From an uncultured Alphaproteobacteria bacterium (GTDB lineage Bacteria > Pseudomonadota > Alphaproteobacteria > Sphingomonadales > Sphingomonadaceae): a stretch of DNA of 64,000 bases. Shown here in pieces: positions 48,393 through 57,288 of the stretch. The DNA lies in contig CAVVTJ010000007.1 in the NCBI GenBank assembly GCA_963751145.1, positions 106,136 to 170,135 on the forward strand. The letters are read 5' to 3'. The position numbers were made by a program, and so were the translations under genes. The first letter of the stretch is position 1, and every line of letters begins with the position of its first letter. Under the pieces are notes generated by a model. It made no database searches. It was not told the origin of the DNA and was given only the letters and a program-made list of their open reading frames with translations.

Positions 48393-48662
48393 ATGAAATG
48401 GACTTCGATCCTGGCGATCTATTTGCTGTTCTGGGTGATGAGCGCGTTCTTCGTGATGCCGTTCGGCCTGCGCACGCATGACGACACCAAGGCTGAACTG
48501 GTCCCCGGCCAGGTCAGCAGCGCCCCGGTAAACTTCCGGCCCGGCCTGGTCGCCAAACGCGCCACGGTTTTGGCCGTGGTTCTGTTCGGGCTCTATTACG
48601 CCAACTATGTCTACGGCTGGCTGGGGCCCGAAAGCCTCGATCTGACGCGGTTGTTCAAGTAG
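48393..48662 (+). CDS. Small two-TM membrane protein, DUF1467-like
   Basis: AIYLLFW...PFG.RT....VPGQ..SAP pattern; usual position after rnj in Alphaproteobacteria. Confidence 0.7.
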   Translation: MKWTSILAIYLLFWVMSAFFVMPFGLRTHDDTKAELVPGQVSSAPVNFRPGLVAKRATVLAVVLFGLYYANYVYGWLGPESLDLTRLFK

Positions 48663-48733
48663 AGCGGAAAGGGGGCTGACCCTAGGTTCCGCCAACTTTA
48701 GCCAATCACAAACCCCGGCTCAAAACGAGGGTG

Positions 48734-48836
48734 CTTCGACAGGCTCAGCATGAGCGGACAAACCAGGGAAGGCTAAATTTCCTCGCAGGCAACCTTACGC
48801 CACCTCTAAATCCCGCTCAGCCTGAGCCTGTCGAAG
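48734..48836. repeat. REP-like palindromic element, copy 2
   Basis: CTTCGACAGGCTCAGCATGAGCGG ... CCGCTCAGCCTGAGCCTGTCGAAG: 24-bp arms with two mismatches, opposite arm order to copy 1, between convergent genes. Confidence 0.85.
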
Positions 48837-48873
48837 GCCCCTCGGTTTACGGTTAGGGCGCTTAAGCAAAGCC

Positions 48874-51501
48874 CTAACTCCGCAGCCGCTCGATCGCCTG
48901 GGCGAGCGCGACATAAAGCTTGCCCATATCCGAAGACAGCAGCGTAACCCCAAGCGAATGGCCATCGCGCGTTGACAGCAGTTCACGCAGCATGGCTTCG
49001 AAATCATGGATATAGCGGCTGACGTGGTCGCGGAAATCGCGGTCGCCCTGATAGAGCTGGGTGATCGCCTTGGCCTCGGGTGCGTCCAGCAGCCGCACGG
49101 CACGGCGGGTAAAGATGCCGCGATCACCTTTCAGATAGGCTGCCCAGGCGGTATCGCTGACTTCATGATCCATCGACCGCGCGATATCGATCGCGTTCGA
49201 ATTGAGGCTTTCGGTGATCAGCGCCACGCGGCGGGCGAAATCGTTGTCGACCTGCTCTTCGGCGCGGCTGCGGGCGTGGGCTACGCGCCGTTCAAGGTTG
49301 CCGGCCAGTTCGTTGACCTTGCCCAGCTGATCGCGCAGCTGCACCGCCGCCTCACGGCTCGCGCCACTGGCCTTGGCGGCGGTTTGCTCCAGTTCGGCAA
49401 TCACCTCGGTTGCCCGCTCGCGCAGGGCGGCTTCCATCGCCGCACCGCCTTCGCTGCCTAGCCTTGCCGCAAGCGCGGTAATCGCCTCTGCGCTGATCGT
49501 TTCGATCCCGGCGACGGCATCGCGTGCCGCGGTGTTCAGGGCTTCAATCGCGGCGGTCAGTTCACCTTGCGTGTGCTGCGCGGTGGCCTGGCTTTCAGCG
49601 CGCAGCTTTTCAACCGAGCCTTGCAGCACCTCAACCCGCGCCGATTGCGCAGTCTGGTCCGTGGCCAGCGTTTCGCGCAGTTCGGCCGCCATGCCCATTG
49701 CGGCGACGATGCTGGAGCGGCTCGCCTCGGCATGACCGGCCAACACTTCGCTCTGGGCCACGGCATCGCCGGTGCTTTGGGTCAGTGTGGCGAATCGGCT
49801 TTCGATCCCGGCCAGCCGCTGTTCGCCCTGCGTCAGCGCTTTCGGCAGGCTTTCGCTCGAATGCTGGACACTGGCCTGGATCAGCTCGAGCAACCGCACT
49901 GAATTGTCAGTCAGCCCGGAAATCGCACTATCGGCATCGCGCAGCGCAGCCTGGCTGGTGCCCAGCCGGGTCTCTACTTCGGCCAGACTGGCAGCAAGCT
50001 TCGTCTGCGCCAGATCGCCGTGGCCGGCCAATGTGTCGAGCTGCTGGGCAAAGGCGCCCAGCTGTGTCTCAAGCTTTTCAGCGTGTCCTGCAAGCTGGTC
50101 GAAATGCAATTCCTGGACGCTGCGATGCTGCGCCGAAGCCGCTTCGAACTGTTCCATCTGGCCAGCCAGCCGATCGACGAATTCGCCATGGCGAGCATCG
50201 AAATCGGCCTGTCGTTTGTCCAGTTCGGCGGCGAACAAGGCGTCGCGTTCGCTCAGCCGGCGATCGACCTCTTCTGCTTCGGTGCGTAGAGCTTCAAGGC
50301 GGGTGCGGGCGCTTTCCATCGCCTTGCGGTCAACCTCGGCAACTTCTTCGATCGCGGTGCGAAGATCCTCTTCAAGCACCACGATCGCCTTTTTCCAGCT
50401 TTCGAGTGCCCCTAGCTCGGCATCGCGCAACGACCGGGCCAGGGCGCTGCTTTCATCGCGGACGCTGGCGAGCCGGGCGCGCAGCGATGTCAGGCTTTCA
50501 GCCTCATGCTCGTCCAGTGTGGACCGTGCAGCGACAAGTTCCTGATCCAGCGCGGCGGCGCGGCTGCGGATCGCGGCCAGTGCTTCGATCTCGCGCAGAT
50601 CAAGTTCGGCGCGCTGCTGTTCGCTGCTGTTATTGAGCGCGGCAAAGCGTTGCTGGGCAATTTCGCCCAGCTTGTCGGCTTGCTGGGTGAATTCGCCGAT
50701 CGTCTCATCGACCAGCGCCTTGAGGCCGCTGACCTGACGTTCACTCGCCTGACCGAACTGGTTGAGCTTATTGAACCCGCTCACCAGTTCCTCGATCTGG
50801 CCGTGCGCAGTGCGTCCGGCGGCGCCGATGTTGTTGGTCACGTCCTTGGCCGAACTGGCGATCACCGGCAGCTGGTTGCGCAGCTTTTCCATATTGTCGA
50901 GCGCGGCACTGCTGACATCGGCGATTGCATCAATCCGGTTGCCATTGTCATGGATCAGCGACGCCAAATTGGCTGCGTGTTGCGACAGCCGCTCCACCGC
51001 AACACGGCCCAGCGCATCGATATCGCGGGCCTGCGCGCCAATGAATTCGCGCGCCAGGCTAAGCTCACGGTTGACCGTGGAGAGGCGGGTTTCAAGCCGG
51101 GTGGATTCGTCGCCCAACAACCGCGCGGTCTCGCCAAAACGCTGCGCTTCGCGGCGGCTGTTGCGCATTGCGATCAGCCAGACAATCGCAATCAGCAGTA
51201 CCGGAACCGACCAGTCACGGACCCAGGCGGTCCACTGCGGCAAATCGGTGCTGGTGCGCATCGCCGGCAGATTGCTGGCCACAAACAGCGCCGTCCAGCC
51301 AAGCAGCAATGCCGCCGTAACCGCTGCACCCAGCATAAACGGCCAGTTTCGCGCCTTGGCAGCGGGCGCTTCCCACCAATCATCCGCCTCAGCCGGATTG
51401 TCCGGCGGCAGGACCTGATCCAGCACGTATTCGTCTGACGCGCCATCGGCAGCGGCAAGCGTTTCGACAGCGGAGATGCGCGATCCTTTGCTCATTCGCA
51501 C
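48874..51501 (-). CDS. TipN-like polar landmark protein (2 TM + long coiled coil + conserved C-terminal helical domain)
   Basis: Two N-terminal hydrophobic helices and a long heptad region; the C-terminus WAAYLKGDRGIFTRR...FRDHVSRYIHDFE...SSDMGKLYVALA resembles TipN/RgsE-type C-termini. Confidence 0.65.
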   Translation of the reverse strand: MRMSKGSRISAVETLAAADGASDEYVLDQVLPPDNPAEADDWWEAPAAKARNWPFMLGAAVTAALLLGWTALFVASNLPAMRTSTDLPQWTAWVRDWSVPVLLIAIVWLIAMRNSRREAQRFGETARLLGDESTRLETRLSTVNRELSLAREFIGAQARDIDALGRVAVERLSQHAANLASLIHDNGNRIDAIADVSSAALDNMEKLRNQLPVIASSAKDVTNNIGAAGRTAHGQIEELVSGFNKLNQFGQASERQVSGLKALVDETIGEFTQQADKLGEIAQQRFAALNNSSEQQRAELDLREIEALAAIRSRAAALDQELVAARSTLDEHEAESLTSLRARLASVRDESSALARSLRDAELGALESWKKAIVVLEEDLRTAIEEVAEVDRKAMESARTRLEALRTEAEEVDRRLSERDALFAAELDKRQADFDARHGEFVDRLAGQMEQFEAASAQHRSVQELHFDQLAGHAEKLETQLGAFAQQLDTLAGHGDLAQTKLAASLAEVETRLGTSQAALRDADSAISGLTDNSVRLLELIQASVQHSSESLPKALTQGEQRLAGIESRFATLTQSTGDAVAQSEVLAGHAEASRSSIVAAMGMAAELRETLATDQTAQSARVEVLQGSVEKLRAESQATAQHTQGELTAAIEALNTAARDAVAGIETISAEAITALAARLGSEGGAAMEAALRERATEVIAELEQTAAKASGASREAAVQLRDQLGKVNELAGNLERRVAHARSRAEEQVDNDFARRVALITESLNSNAIDIARSMDHEVSDTAWAAYLKGDRGIFTRRAVRLLDAPEAKAITQLYQGDRDFRDHVSRYIHDFEAMLRELLSTRDGHSLGVTLLSSDMGKLYVALAQAIERLRS

Positions 51502-51525
51502 TGTTTACCATGTTTGGGCGGCGGA

Positions 51526-51555
51526 TAAACCCCGGTTTAACCACTCGCGGGTTAT
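51526..51555. promoter_or_regulatory. CtrA-like box TAAA-N7-TTAACC followed by GGTTAT in the divergent tipN-like/Hpt promoter
   Basis: One mismatch to TTAA-N7-TTAAC; the same architecture recurs at 53156. Confidence 0.6.
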
Positions 51556-51563
51556 GCAGCATC

Positions 51564-51866
51564 ATGGCCTATGAAGCAGGAGCCCTTGACGCCACCCTTT
51601 CCGCCGCAGCAGGAGCGGATGCCGCGCTGTTTTCCGAGCTGCGCCAGGTCTTTGCCGAAAGCGTCGCGCGCCAGCTAGATCTGCTGCGCCGGTCGCGCTG
51701 CGACGGAAACTGGGAAATGGCCGCGCTCCGGCTCAAGGGGCTTGCTGCCAGCTTTCATGCCGAAAACCTGATCGAACTGGCAGAGGATGCTTTGGCCGGT
51801 GCTCCGGGCGATCCGGTGGTGCTGCGCCAGCTCCAAGCTTTTCTCGACGATTTTTCAGCGGCTTGA
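51564..51866 (+). CDS. Hpt-fold protein lacking the canonical His
   Basis: LRQVF...L..L.....W..AALRLKGLAASFHA matches the Hpt AHxLKGxA pattern with Leu at the His position. Start moved to MAYEA. Confidence 0.7.
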   Translation: MAYEAGALDATLSAAAGADAALFSELRQVFAESVARQLDLLRRSRCDGNWEMAALRLKGLAASFHAENLIELAEDALAGAPGDPVVLRQLQAFLDDFSAA

Positions 51867-51898
51867 TTGAACCTGCCAGAGTGTAATCGCCAATAGAC

Positions 51899-53170
51899 TT
51901 GGCACCGCGACTTTGCGCGCCTAAATCGGCCTCCCATTCCCGATTGGTGCGGAGAAAGACACTGCGGGTCGCGCTTTTGCCGATGCTGGAAATTGCTGTT
52001 GAAAGTGGCGGAGTGCCGCGGGCATTTCTGCGCGTTGGCGGGTCAAGCGTGGCCGGTCAGCAATTGGCAATTGCGCTGGGTTTGGGGTGTGAGCGGATTG
52101 TCTGCCTCGCTCTCTCGCTTACCAAAGATATCGTTGCGCTGCAGCATCAGGCGGAAAAGGCCGGAGCGCAGTTTCACGTGATCCCGGGCGCACGACCGCT
52201 GTTGGGGCTGGTCACCGCCACCGACGATGTGATTGCTTTTGCCGATGGGCTGTTTGCAGCCCGCCAGACGGCGCAGGATCTTCTTTCGGCGCAGCAGGCG
52301 GTGCTGGTTCAACCAGTTGAGCAGGGCCTTGCCGCTGGGTTTGAACGGATCGACATCAATCACGCTGCGGCAGGCGCGATGCGCATTCCGGGGCGATTGG
52401 TCGAACGGTTGGGTGAATTGCCGGCCGATTGCGATGTCGTATCTTCACTGCAGCGGATTGCGCTGCAGGCCGGGGTTCGGCAGCAGCCGCTGGGGCAGAT
52501 CGGGCCGGGCGCCGCGATCTGGTTTCTGGCCCGCAGCGAGCGCGAAGCCCACCAGATCGAACCGCTGTGGATCCGTCAGCACACTGGCGATTCGCTGCCG
52601 AACAATCCTTCGGGTGCAATTGCATCGATGGCGGTTCGTGCTTTCGGGCCGGCCATGCTCCACGCCGGAAGCGGATCGGGCGTGCTGGTGGTTGCAGCCG
52701 GCGTGGCGGCTTTGCTGGCGGTCATCGCCGGAGTTTTTGGATTTGTTGCAGCGGGCTTTGGTCTGTGTGTGATTGGCTGGGTCTTGCACGAATTTGCCGC
52801 GCTGCTGTCGCGGATTGAATCCGAGAATGCACCGCATCGGGTCATTGCGGGCGGGCTGTTTGCTTATGGCTGGTCGATCGACGCGCTGCTGGTGGTTTTA
52901 TTGGGACTCGCGGCAAGGCCGGAGCATCAGATGCATGCTGCCGAGCGGTTCTTTCCGGCGCTGATGCTGATAGCACTGCTGCGGATTCTGGCCGAAGTTT
53001 ACAGCGGCCGCTGGAGCCGGTGGATTGGCGATCGCGGAGTAGTGGCGGTCTTGCTGCTGGGCGCGGTAGCGGGCCGGGTGGCTGATGAAACCGCTCATCT
53101 TGGCGCGATCGCCGCGGCAGTGCTTGCGCTGTTGGCGCTGGGCAATAAATCGCGGCTAACCGGGCCTTAA
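51899..53170 (+). CDS. Hypothetical membrane protein: soluble N-terminal domain (weakly nucleotidyltransferase-like) plus several C-terminal TM helices; start uncertain
   Basis: PRAFLRVGGSSVAGQQL resembles the K-x-L-x-x-x-G-G-x-x-x-L start of GT-A nucleotidyltransferases; hydrophobic C-terminal third. Confidence 0.6.
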   Translation: MAPRLCAPKSASHSRLVRRKTLRVALLPMLEIAVESGGVPRAFLRVGGSSVAGQQLAIALGLGCERIVCLALSLTKDIVALQHQAEKAGAQFHVIPGARPLLGLVTATDDVIAFADGLFAARQTAQDLLSAQQAVLVQPVEQGLAAGFERIDINHAAAGAMRIPGRLVERLGELPADCDVVSSLQRIALQAGVRQQPLGQIGPGAAIWFLARSEREAHQIEPLWIRQHTGDSLPNNPSGAIASMAVRAFGPAMLHAGSGSGVLVVAAGVAALLAVIAGVFGFVAAGFGLCVIGWVLHEFAALLSRIESENAPHRVIAGGLFAYGWSIDALLVVLLGLAARPEHQMHAAERFFPALMLIALLRILAEVYSGRWSRWIGDRGVVAVLLLGAVAGRVADETAHLGAIAAAVLALLALGNKSRLTGP

Positions 53171-53184
53171 CCAAACCGGGTTAT
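53156..53184. promoter_or_regulatory. CtrA-like box CTAA-N7-TTAACC followed by GGTTAT
   Basis: One mismatch to consensus; overlaps the upstream stop and the downstream ATG. Confidence 0.55.
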
Positions 53185-54163
53185 GGCGCTGAGCATGACC
53201 GAATTTTCTGCCCCATCTGCAGGCCCTGGTGCGATCGACGCTGTGTTGCGTCAGGAATTGGCGCAAGGCGACGCGCAAATTGCATCGATTGCGCCGATCC
53301 TGCGTCACTTGCTGGCCAATGACGAACATTCTGTGTTCGGTGACGAGGTGATCGCCCGGGTGCGCGGCATGCTTGCCGATGTGGCCCGGCAATTGCTCGA
53401 TGCCCTGGTTGCGGCGCGCGGCGAAGGCGATGATCTGGATCATCCCAGCGCCGAAGTGGATACGCTGGTGACGGCTTTGGCTGGGATCGCCGGGTTTTTG
53501 ACCCATGTCCATGCGCTGGCGCTGGAATGGCAGCTAACTGAACGCCTGCAGGCCAGATTGGCGCTGGACCCGGTGGTTTCCCCGCTGCTGCAGGCGCTGA
53601 TTGCATCAATCGAGCCGCCCACGGCCGCAGCTGCAATGGCCTTGCTAGCGCAGCAGGCGCGCTTTGCTCAGAACCAGCGCCGGATGCAGTTGCCCTTGGC
53701 CGAGCTGCCGGGCGACCTGTTCCACGGCGCACTGATTACGCTGCAGAACCACGCCCATACCGATCCTGCGGCTTTGGCTGCGGTGGATCAGGCGGTGGCC
53801 CATATTCGCAAGGAATTTGATGAAAGCCGCAATCGGCTTGGCCTGATATCTCGTCTGGTTGCCGGAATGGGCGGCGGGGCCAGCGCCGCTCTTAGCATCA
53901 CCCACGCGGGGACGGCGATCTTCCTCAGTGCACTGGCGCTGGCTTCGGGCCATGACCGCGATCTGGCGGTACTCTCAACCAACGAAAGCCAGGTCGCGCG
54001 GTTCGCGCTGGCCTTGCGCGCGGCGGGGCTCAAGCCGCAATCGATCGACGAGCAATTTGCAGCGCTGCATCCTGAAGTGACGCTGCCGGGCGGTTTTGAG
54101 ACTTTGGGGACCGATCGCGCTGCAGCCTTGCTGGCCCATTCTCCGGCCTATTTGGCCCGTTGA
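53183..54163 (+). CDS. All-helical hypothetical protein, possibly DUF2336-like
   Basis: Host-like codon usage, Ala/Leu-rich helical pattern, TTGA overlap with the kinase gene. The family assignment is weak. Confidence 0.55.
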   Translation: MALSMTEFSAPSAGPGAIDAVLRQELAQGDAQIASIAPILRHLLANDEHSVFGDEVIARVRGMLADVARQLLDALVAARGEGDDLDHPSAEVDTLVTALAGIAGFLTHVHALALEWQLTERLQARLALDPVVSPLLQALIASIEPPTAAAAMALLAQQARFAQNQRRMQLPLAELPGDLFHGALITLQNHAHTDPAALAAVDQAVAHIRKEFDESRNRLGLISRLVAGMGGGASAALSITHAGTAIFLSALALASGHDRDLAVLSTNESQVARFALALRAAGLKPQSIDEQFAALHPEVTLPGGFETLGTDRAAALLAHSPAYLAR

Positions 54164-55587
54164 TCACCGTGACCACATCCCCCCAAGACGCACCATCGGG
54201 CCGCAGTGACGCAGCTGACCGGCTGATCGCGGCCAACGAGCCGCTGGCAGGCCTGCAGCGGGCCTGCGGCGGAGAGATTCCAGGCGATATCGCCATCCCG
54301 GCCTTGCGCGAACTGGTTGGCAAGGCGCGCAAGTTCGGGCTCAAACTGGCCCGCGCGATCAAGGCTACTGATGGCCGCGATACGATCTCTGCGTGGATCG
54401 AAGTTGCACCAGATAGCGATGGCTGCGCAATCCGGATTGTCTCGTGGAGCACCAGCCAGCTCGCACCCGAAGATCCGCACGAGGTCGCCGCGCACCGCGC
54501 CGCCATCGAGCGTACTCTGGCTGAATTGACCGCCACGCTCGATGCCCGGCAGTGCGTGCTCAGTGTCACCGCAACCGCTGCCGATCTTTCCGAATTGCAG
54601 CAGGCGATGGCGCAGGGGCTACACCGCCCATGGACCGATTTCGTCCAGATCGAAGGCGCGGTGCACGAACAGCCGATGCATTGGCGCCTGCTTGATGGCG
54701 CAGCGATCAAGGTTGCCGGATCAAGCCGGAACTGGCGCGCGGCGCTGTTGCCGAGCGACCGGCCGGGTAGCGATCCCGTCGGGTTCGATCTGTGCCTGAC
54801 TGCCGATAGCCCGCTGCCCGAACCCGAACCGAAGCCATCCCCGGCGCACTCGTCCTCGATCATGCCCAGCAACGAGCCCGGCCTGGTCGGGCGCGATATT
54901 GCCCCGGTGCTGCGGCAACCGATCGCTCGGATCATTGCCAATGCCGAGACGATCCGCAATCGAATGGCCGGACCCTTGGCCGAGGAATACAGCCAGTATG
55001 CCGCTGATATCGCCGCCGCCGGGCAACACCTGCTCGCGCTGGTTGAAGATCTGACTGATCTTGAGGTGGTCGAGGCTGAAGAGTTCAACACCGCGCCCGA
55101 CCGGATTGACCTGGCCGATGTGGCGCGCCGCGCCAGCGGCATTCTGGGGGTGCGCGCGCAGGAACGCGGGATCACCATCGATGCACCCAGGCACGGTGAA
55201 ACCTTGCCTGCGATTGCTGAATTTCGCCGCGTGCTGCAGATTCTGCTCAATCTTGTGGGCAATGCGATCCGCTATGCGCCGGATAATTCGCAGGTCTGGA
55301 TCAGGCTTGAGGATGCTGGCGTCCGCGCCCGGCTGATCGTTGCCGATCAGGGCCCGGGTCTGGATGACGCGCAGCAAAGCAAGGTGTTCGAAAAGTTCGA
55401 GCGTCTTGGCCGCAGCGGCGAGGACGGCGGCTCGGGCCTGGGTCTTTACATCTCGCGCCGTTTGGCCCGCGCCATGGGCGGTGATCTGGAAATCGAAAGT
55501 GCAATGGGGCAGGGCGCGCGGTTTATCCTCGACCTGCCGGCCGATCTGCTGGCCTCAGCTCCGACGACCGCGCAGGATCCAGATTAA
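54160..55587 (+). CDS. Cytoplasmic PAS-like + HisKA-like + HATPase protein lacking the phospho-His (pseudo-histidine kinase)
   Basis: N box QILLNLVGNAIRY, G1 DQGPG, F box FEKFER and G2 GSGLGL are intact; the H box reads IAPVLRQP instead of SHELRTP. Confidence 0.85.
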   Translation: MITVTTSPQDAPSGRSDAADRLIAANEPLAGLQRACGGEIPGDIAIPALRELVGKARKFGLKLARAIKATDGRDTISAWIEVAPDSDGCAIRIVSWSTSQLAPEDPHEVAAHRAAIERTLAELTATLDARQCVLSVTATAADLSELQQAMAQGLHRPWTDFVQIEGAVHEQPMHWRLLDGAAIKVAGSSRNWRAALLPSDRPGSDPVGFDLCLTADSPLPEPEPKPSPAHSSSIMPSNEPGLVGRDIAPVLRQPIARIIANAETIRNRMAGPLAEEYSQYAADIAAAGQHLLALVEDLTDLEVVEAEEFNTAPDRIDLADVARRASGILGVRAQERGITIDAPRHGETLPAIAEFRRVLQILLNLVGNAIRYAPDNSQVWIRLEDAGVRARLIVADQGPGLDDAQQSKVFEKFERLGRSGEDGGSGLGLYISRRLARAMGGDLEIESAMGQGARFILDLPADLLASAPTTAQDPD

Positions 55588-55770
55588 CCCAGCCCAGCCA
55601 AGCGCCCACAGAATGCCGTAAAGCGTCCAGCGGCGGTCAGCCAGCATGAAGCTTTCAGGCGGCCACATGATAATGCCCAGCCCTTGCAGCGCCCAGAACA
55701 GCCCCGAAAAAACCATCAGTGCCGCGATGATCATATAGATCACGCTGAGCGGACCTCGCAGAGATTCCAT
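55555..55770 (-). CDS. Small two-TM membrane protein (71 aa)
   Basis: GGGGAG RBS; GLFWALQGLG..MWP.ESFM pattern; downstream of gltA; its 3' end overlaps the kinase 3' end by 33 nt. Confidence 0.65.
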   Translation of the reverse strand: MESLRGPLSVIYMIIAALMVFSGLFWALQGLGIIMWPPESFMLADRRWTLYGILWALGWAGLIWILRGRRS

Positions 55771-55810
55771 CGTCAAATTCTCCCCATAAAGGACGGGTAT
55801 TGACCGCAAT

Positions 55811-57094
55811 TCAGCGCTTGTCCACCGCCACGTAATCGCGCGCGACCGGGCCGGTGTAGAGCTGACGCGGCCTTCCGATCTTCTGGTTGGGATCGCTGAT
55901 CATTTCGTTCCATTGCGCCACCCAGCCTACCGTCCGCGCGAGCGCGAACAGCACGGTGAACATGGTGGTCGGGAAACCGATCGCCGAGAGGATCACGCCG
56001 GAATAGAAATCCACATTGGGGAACAGCTTCTTCTCGATGAAATAGGGATCGTTGAGCGCCATTTCTTCAAGTTGCAGCGCAACTTCGAACACCGGATCGG
56101 TGACCTTGAGTGCTGCGAACACTTCGCGCACGGTCTGCTGCATCACGGTCGCACGGGGATCGTAGTTCTTATAGACGCGGTGGCCAAAGCCCATCAGGCG
56201 GAACGGATCGTTCTTGTCCTTGGCCCGCTCGATGTAATGGGGGATACGGTCGGGCGTGCCGATTTCGTGCAGCATGTTGAGCGCGGCTTCGTTGGCCCCG
56301 CCGTGCGCAGGCCCCCACAGGCAGGCGATGCCCGCCGCGATGCAGGCAAACGGGTTCGCGCCCGATGACCCGGCCAAACGGACTGTGCTGGTCGAGGCGT
56401 TCTGTTCGTGATCGGCGTGGAGGATGAAAATCCGGTCCAGGGCCTTTTCGACCACCGGATTGACCTCATATTTCTCGGCCGGGACGCCAAAGGTCATGCG
56501 CAGGAAGTTGCCGGTGTAGGACAGCGAGTTGTCCGGATAGACGAACGGCTGGCCGACCGAATACTTGTAGGCCATCGCCGCGATCGTTGGCATCTTGGCG
56601 ATCAGGCGGTGCGAGCTGATCTTGCGGTGTTCAGGATCGGCAATGTCGGTCGAATCGTGATAGAATGCCGATAGCGCTCCCACCACGCCGCACATGATTG
56701 CCATCGGGTGCGCATCGCGGCGGAACCCGCGGTAGAACGTGGCGAGCTGCTCGTGCAGCATGGTGTGGCGGGTGATGGTGGTTTCGAATTTGGCCAGCTC
56801 GGCTGCGCTCGGCAATTCGCCGTTGAGCAGCAGATGGCTGACTTCCATGAAGCTGGAATGTTCGGCCAGCTGACCGATTGGATAACCGCGGTGCAGCAGC
56901 ACGCCTTCATCACCGTCGATATAGGTCAGCGCGCTTTCACATGAAGCGGTGGAAGTGAACCCCGGATCGAACGTAAACTGGCCGGTCTGGGCATAGAGTT
57001 TGCGAATATCGATGACATCAGGGCCAACGCTGCCCGAAACCACCGGATAGGTGAATTCGGCGCCCGCCGTGTTCAATTTTGCTTCCTTGCCCAC
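55811..57094 (-). CDS. gltA: Citrate synthase (type II)
   Basis: [35 protein letters not shown]. Confidence 0.98.
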   Translation of the reverse strand: MGKEAKLNTAGAEFTYPVVSGSVGPDVIDIRKLYAQTGQFTFDPGFTSTASCESALTYIDGDEGVLLHRGYPIGQLAEHSSFMEVSHLLLNGELPSAAELAKFETTITRHTMLHEQLATFYRGFRRDAHPMAIMCGVVGALSAFYHDSTDIADPEHRKISSHRLIAKMPTIAAMAYKYSVGQPFVYPDNSLSYTGNFLRMTFGVPAEKYEVNPVVEKALDRIFILHADHEQNASTSTVRLAGSSGANPFACIAAGIACLWGPAHGGANEAALNMLHEIGTPDRIPHYIERAKDKNDPFRLMGFGHRVYKNYDPRATVMQQTVREVFAALKVTDPVFEVALQLEEMALNDPYFIEKKLFPNVDFYSGVILSAIGFPTTMFTVLFALARTVGWVAQWNEMISDPNQKIGRPRQLYTGPVARDYVAVDKR

Positions 57095-57288
57095 TTTCCC
57101 AAACTCCTTGGCCAGAACGCCGGACGATTGCCTGGATTGTTGCCGATAGCCTATCCGCTTTTGGCCACCTATCCGGTTATTACCGGGCTAGGGGCCTTTG
57201 CTGGGAAATTGCCGAACGCCCGGAAACAGCAGGACAAATCGAAGCGCGCGCTTGCCAAGCGCAGTGCCATCGGGTCTCTTGCTCCTCC

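Noticed and set aside
49524-51438. Several long plus-strand ORFs opposite the TipN-like gene
   Set aside because: Antisense artefacts of a coiled-coil, Ala/Glu/Leu/Arg-rich gene.
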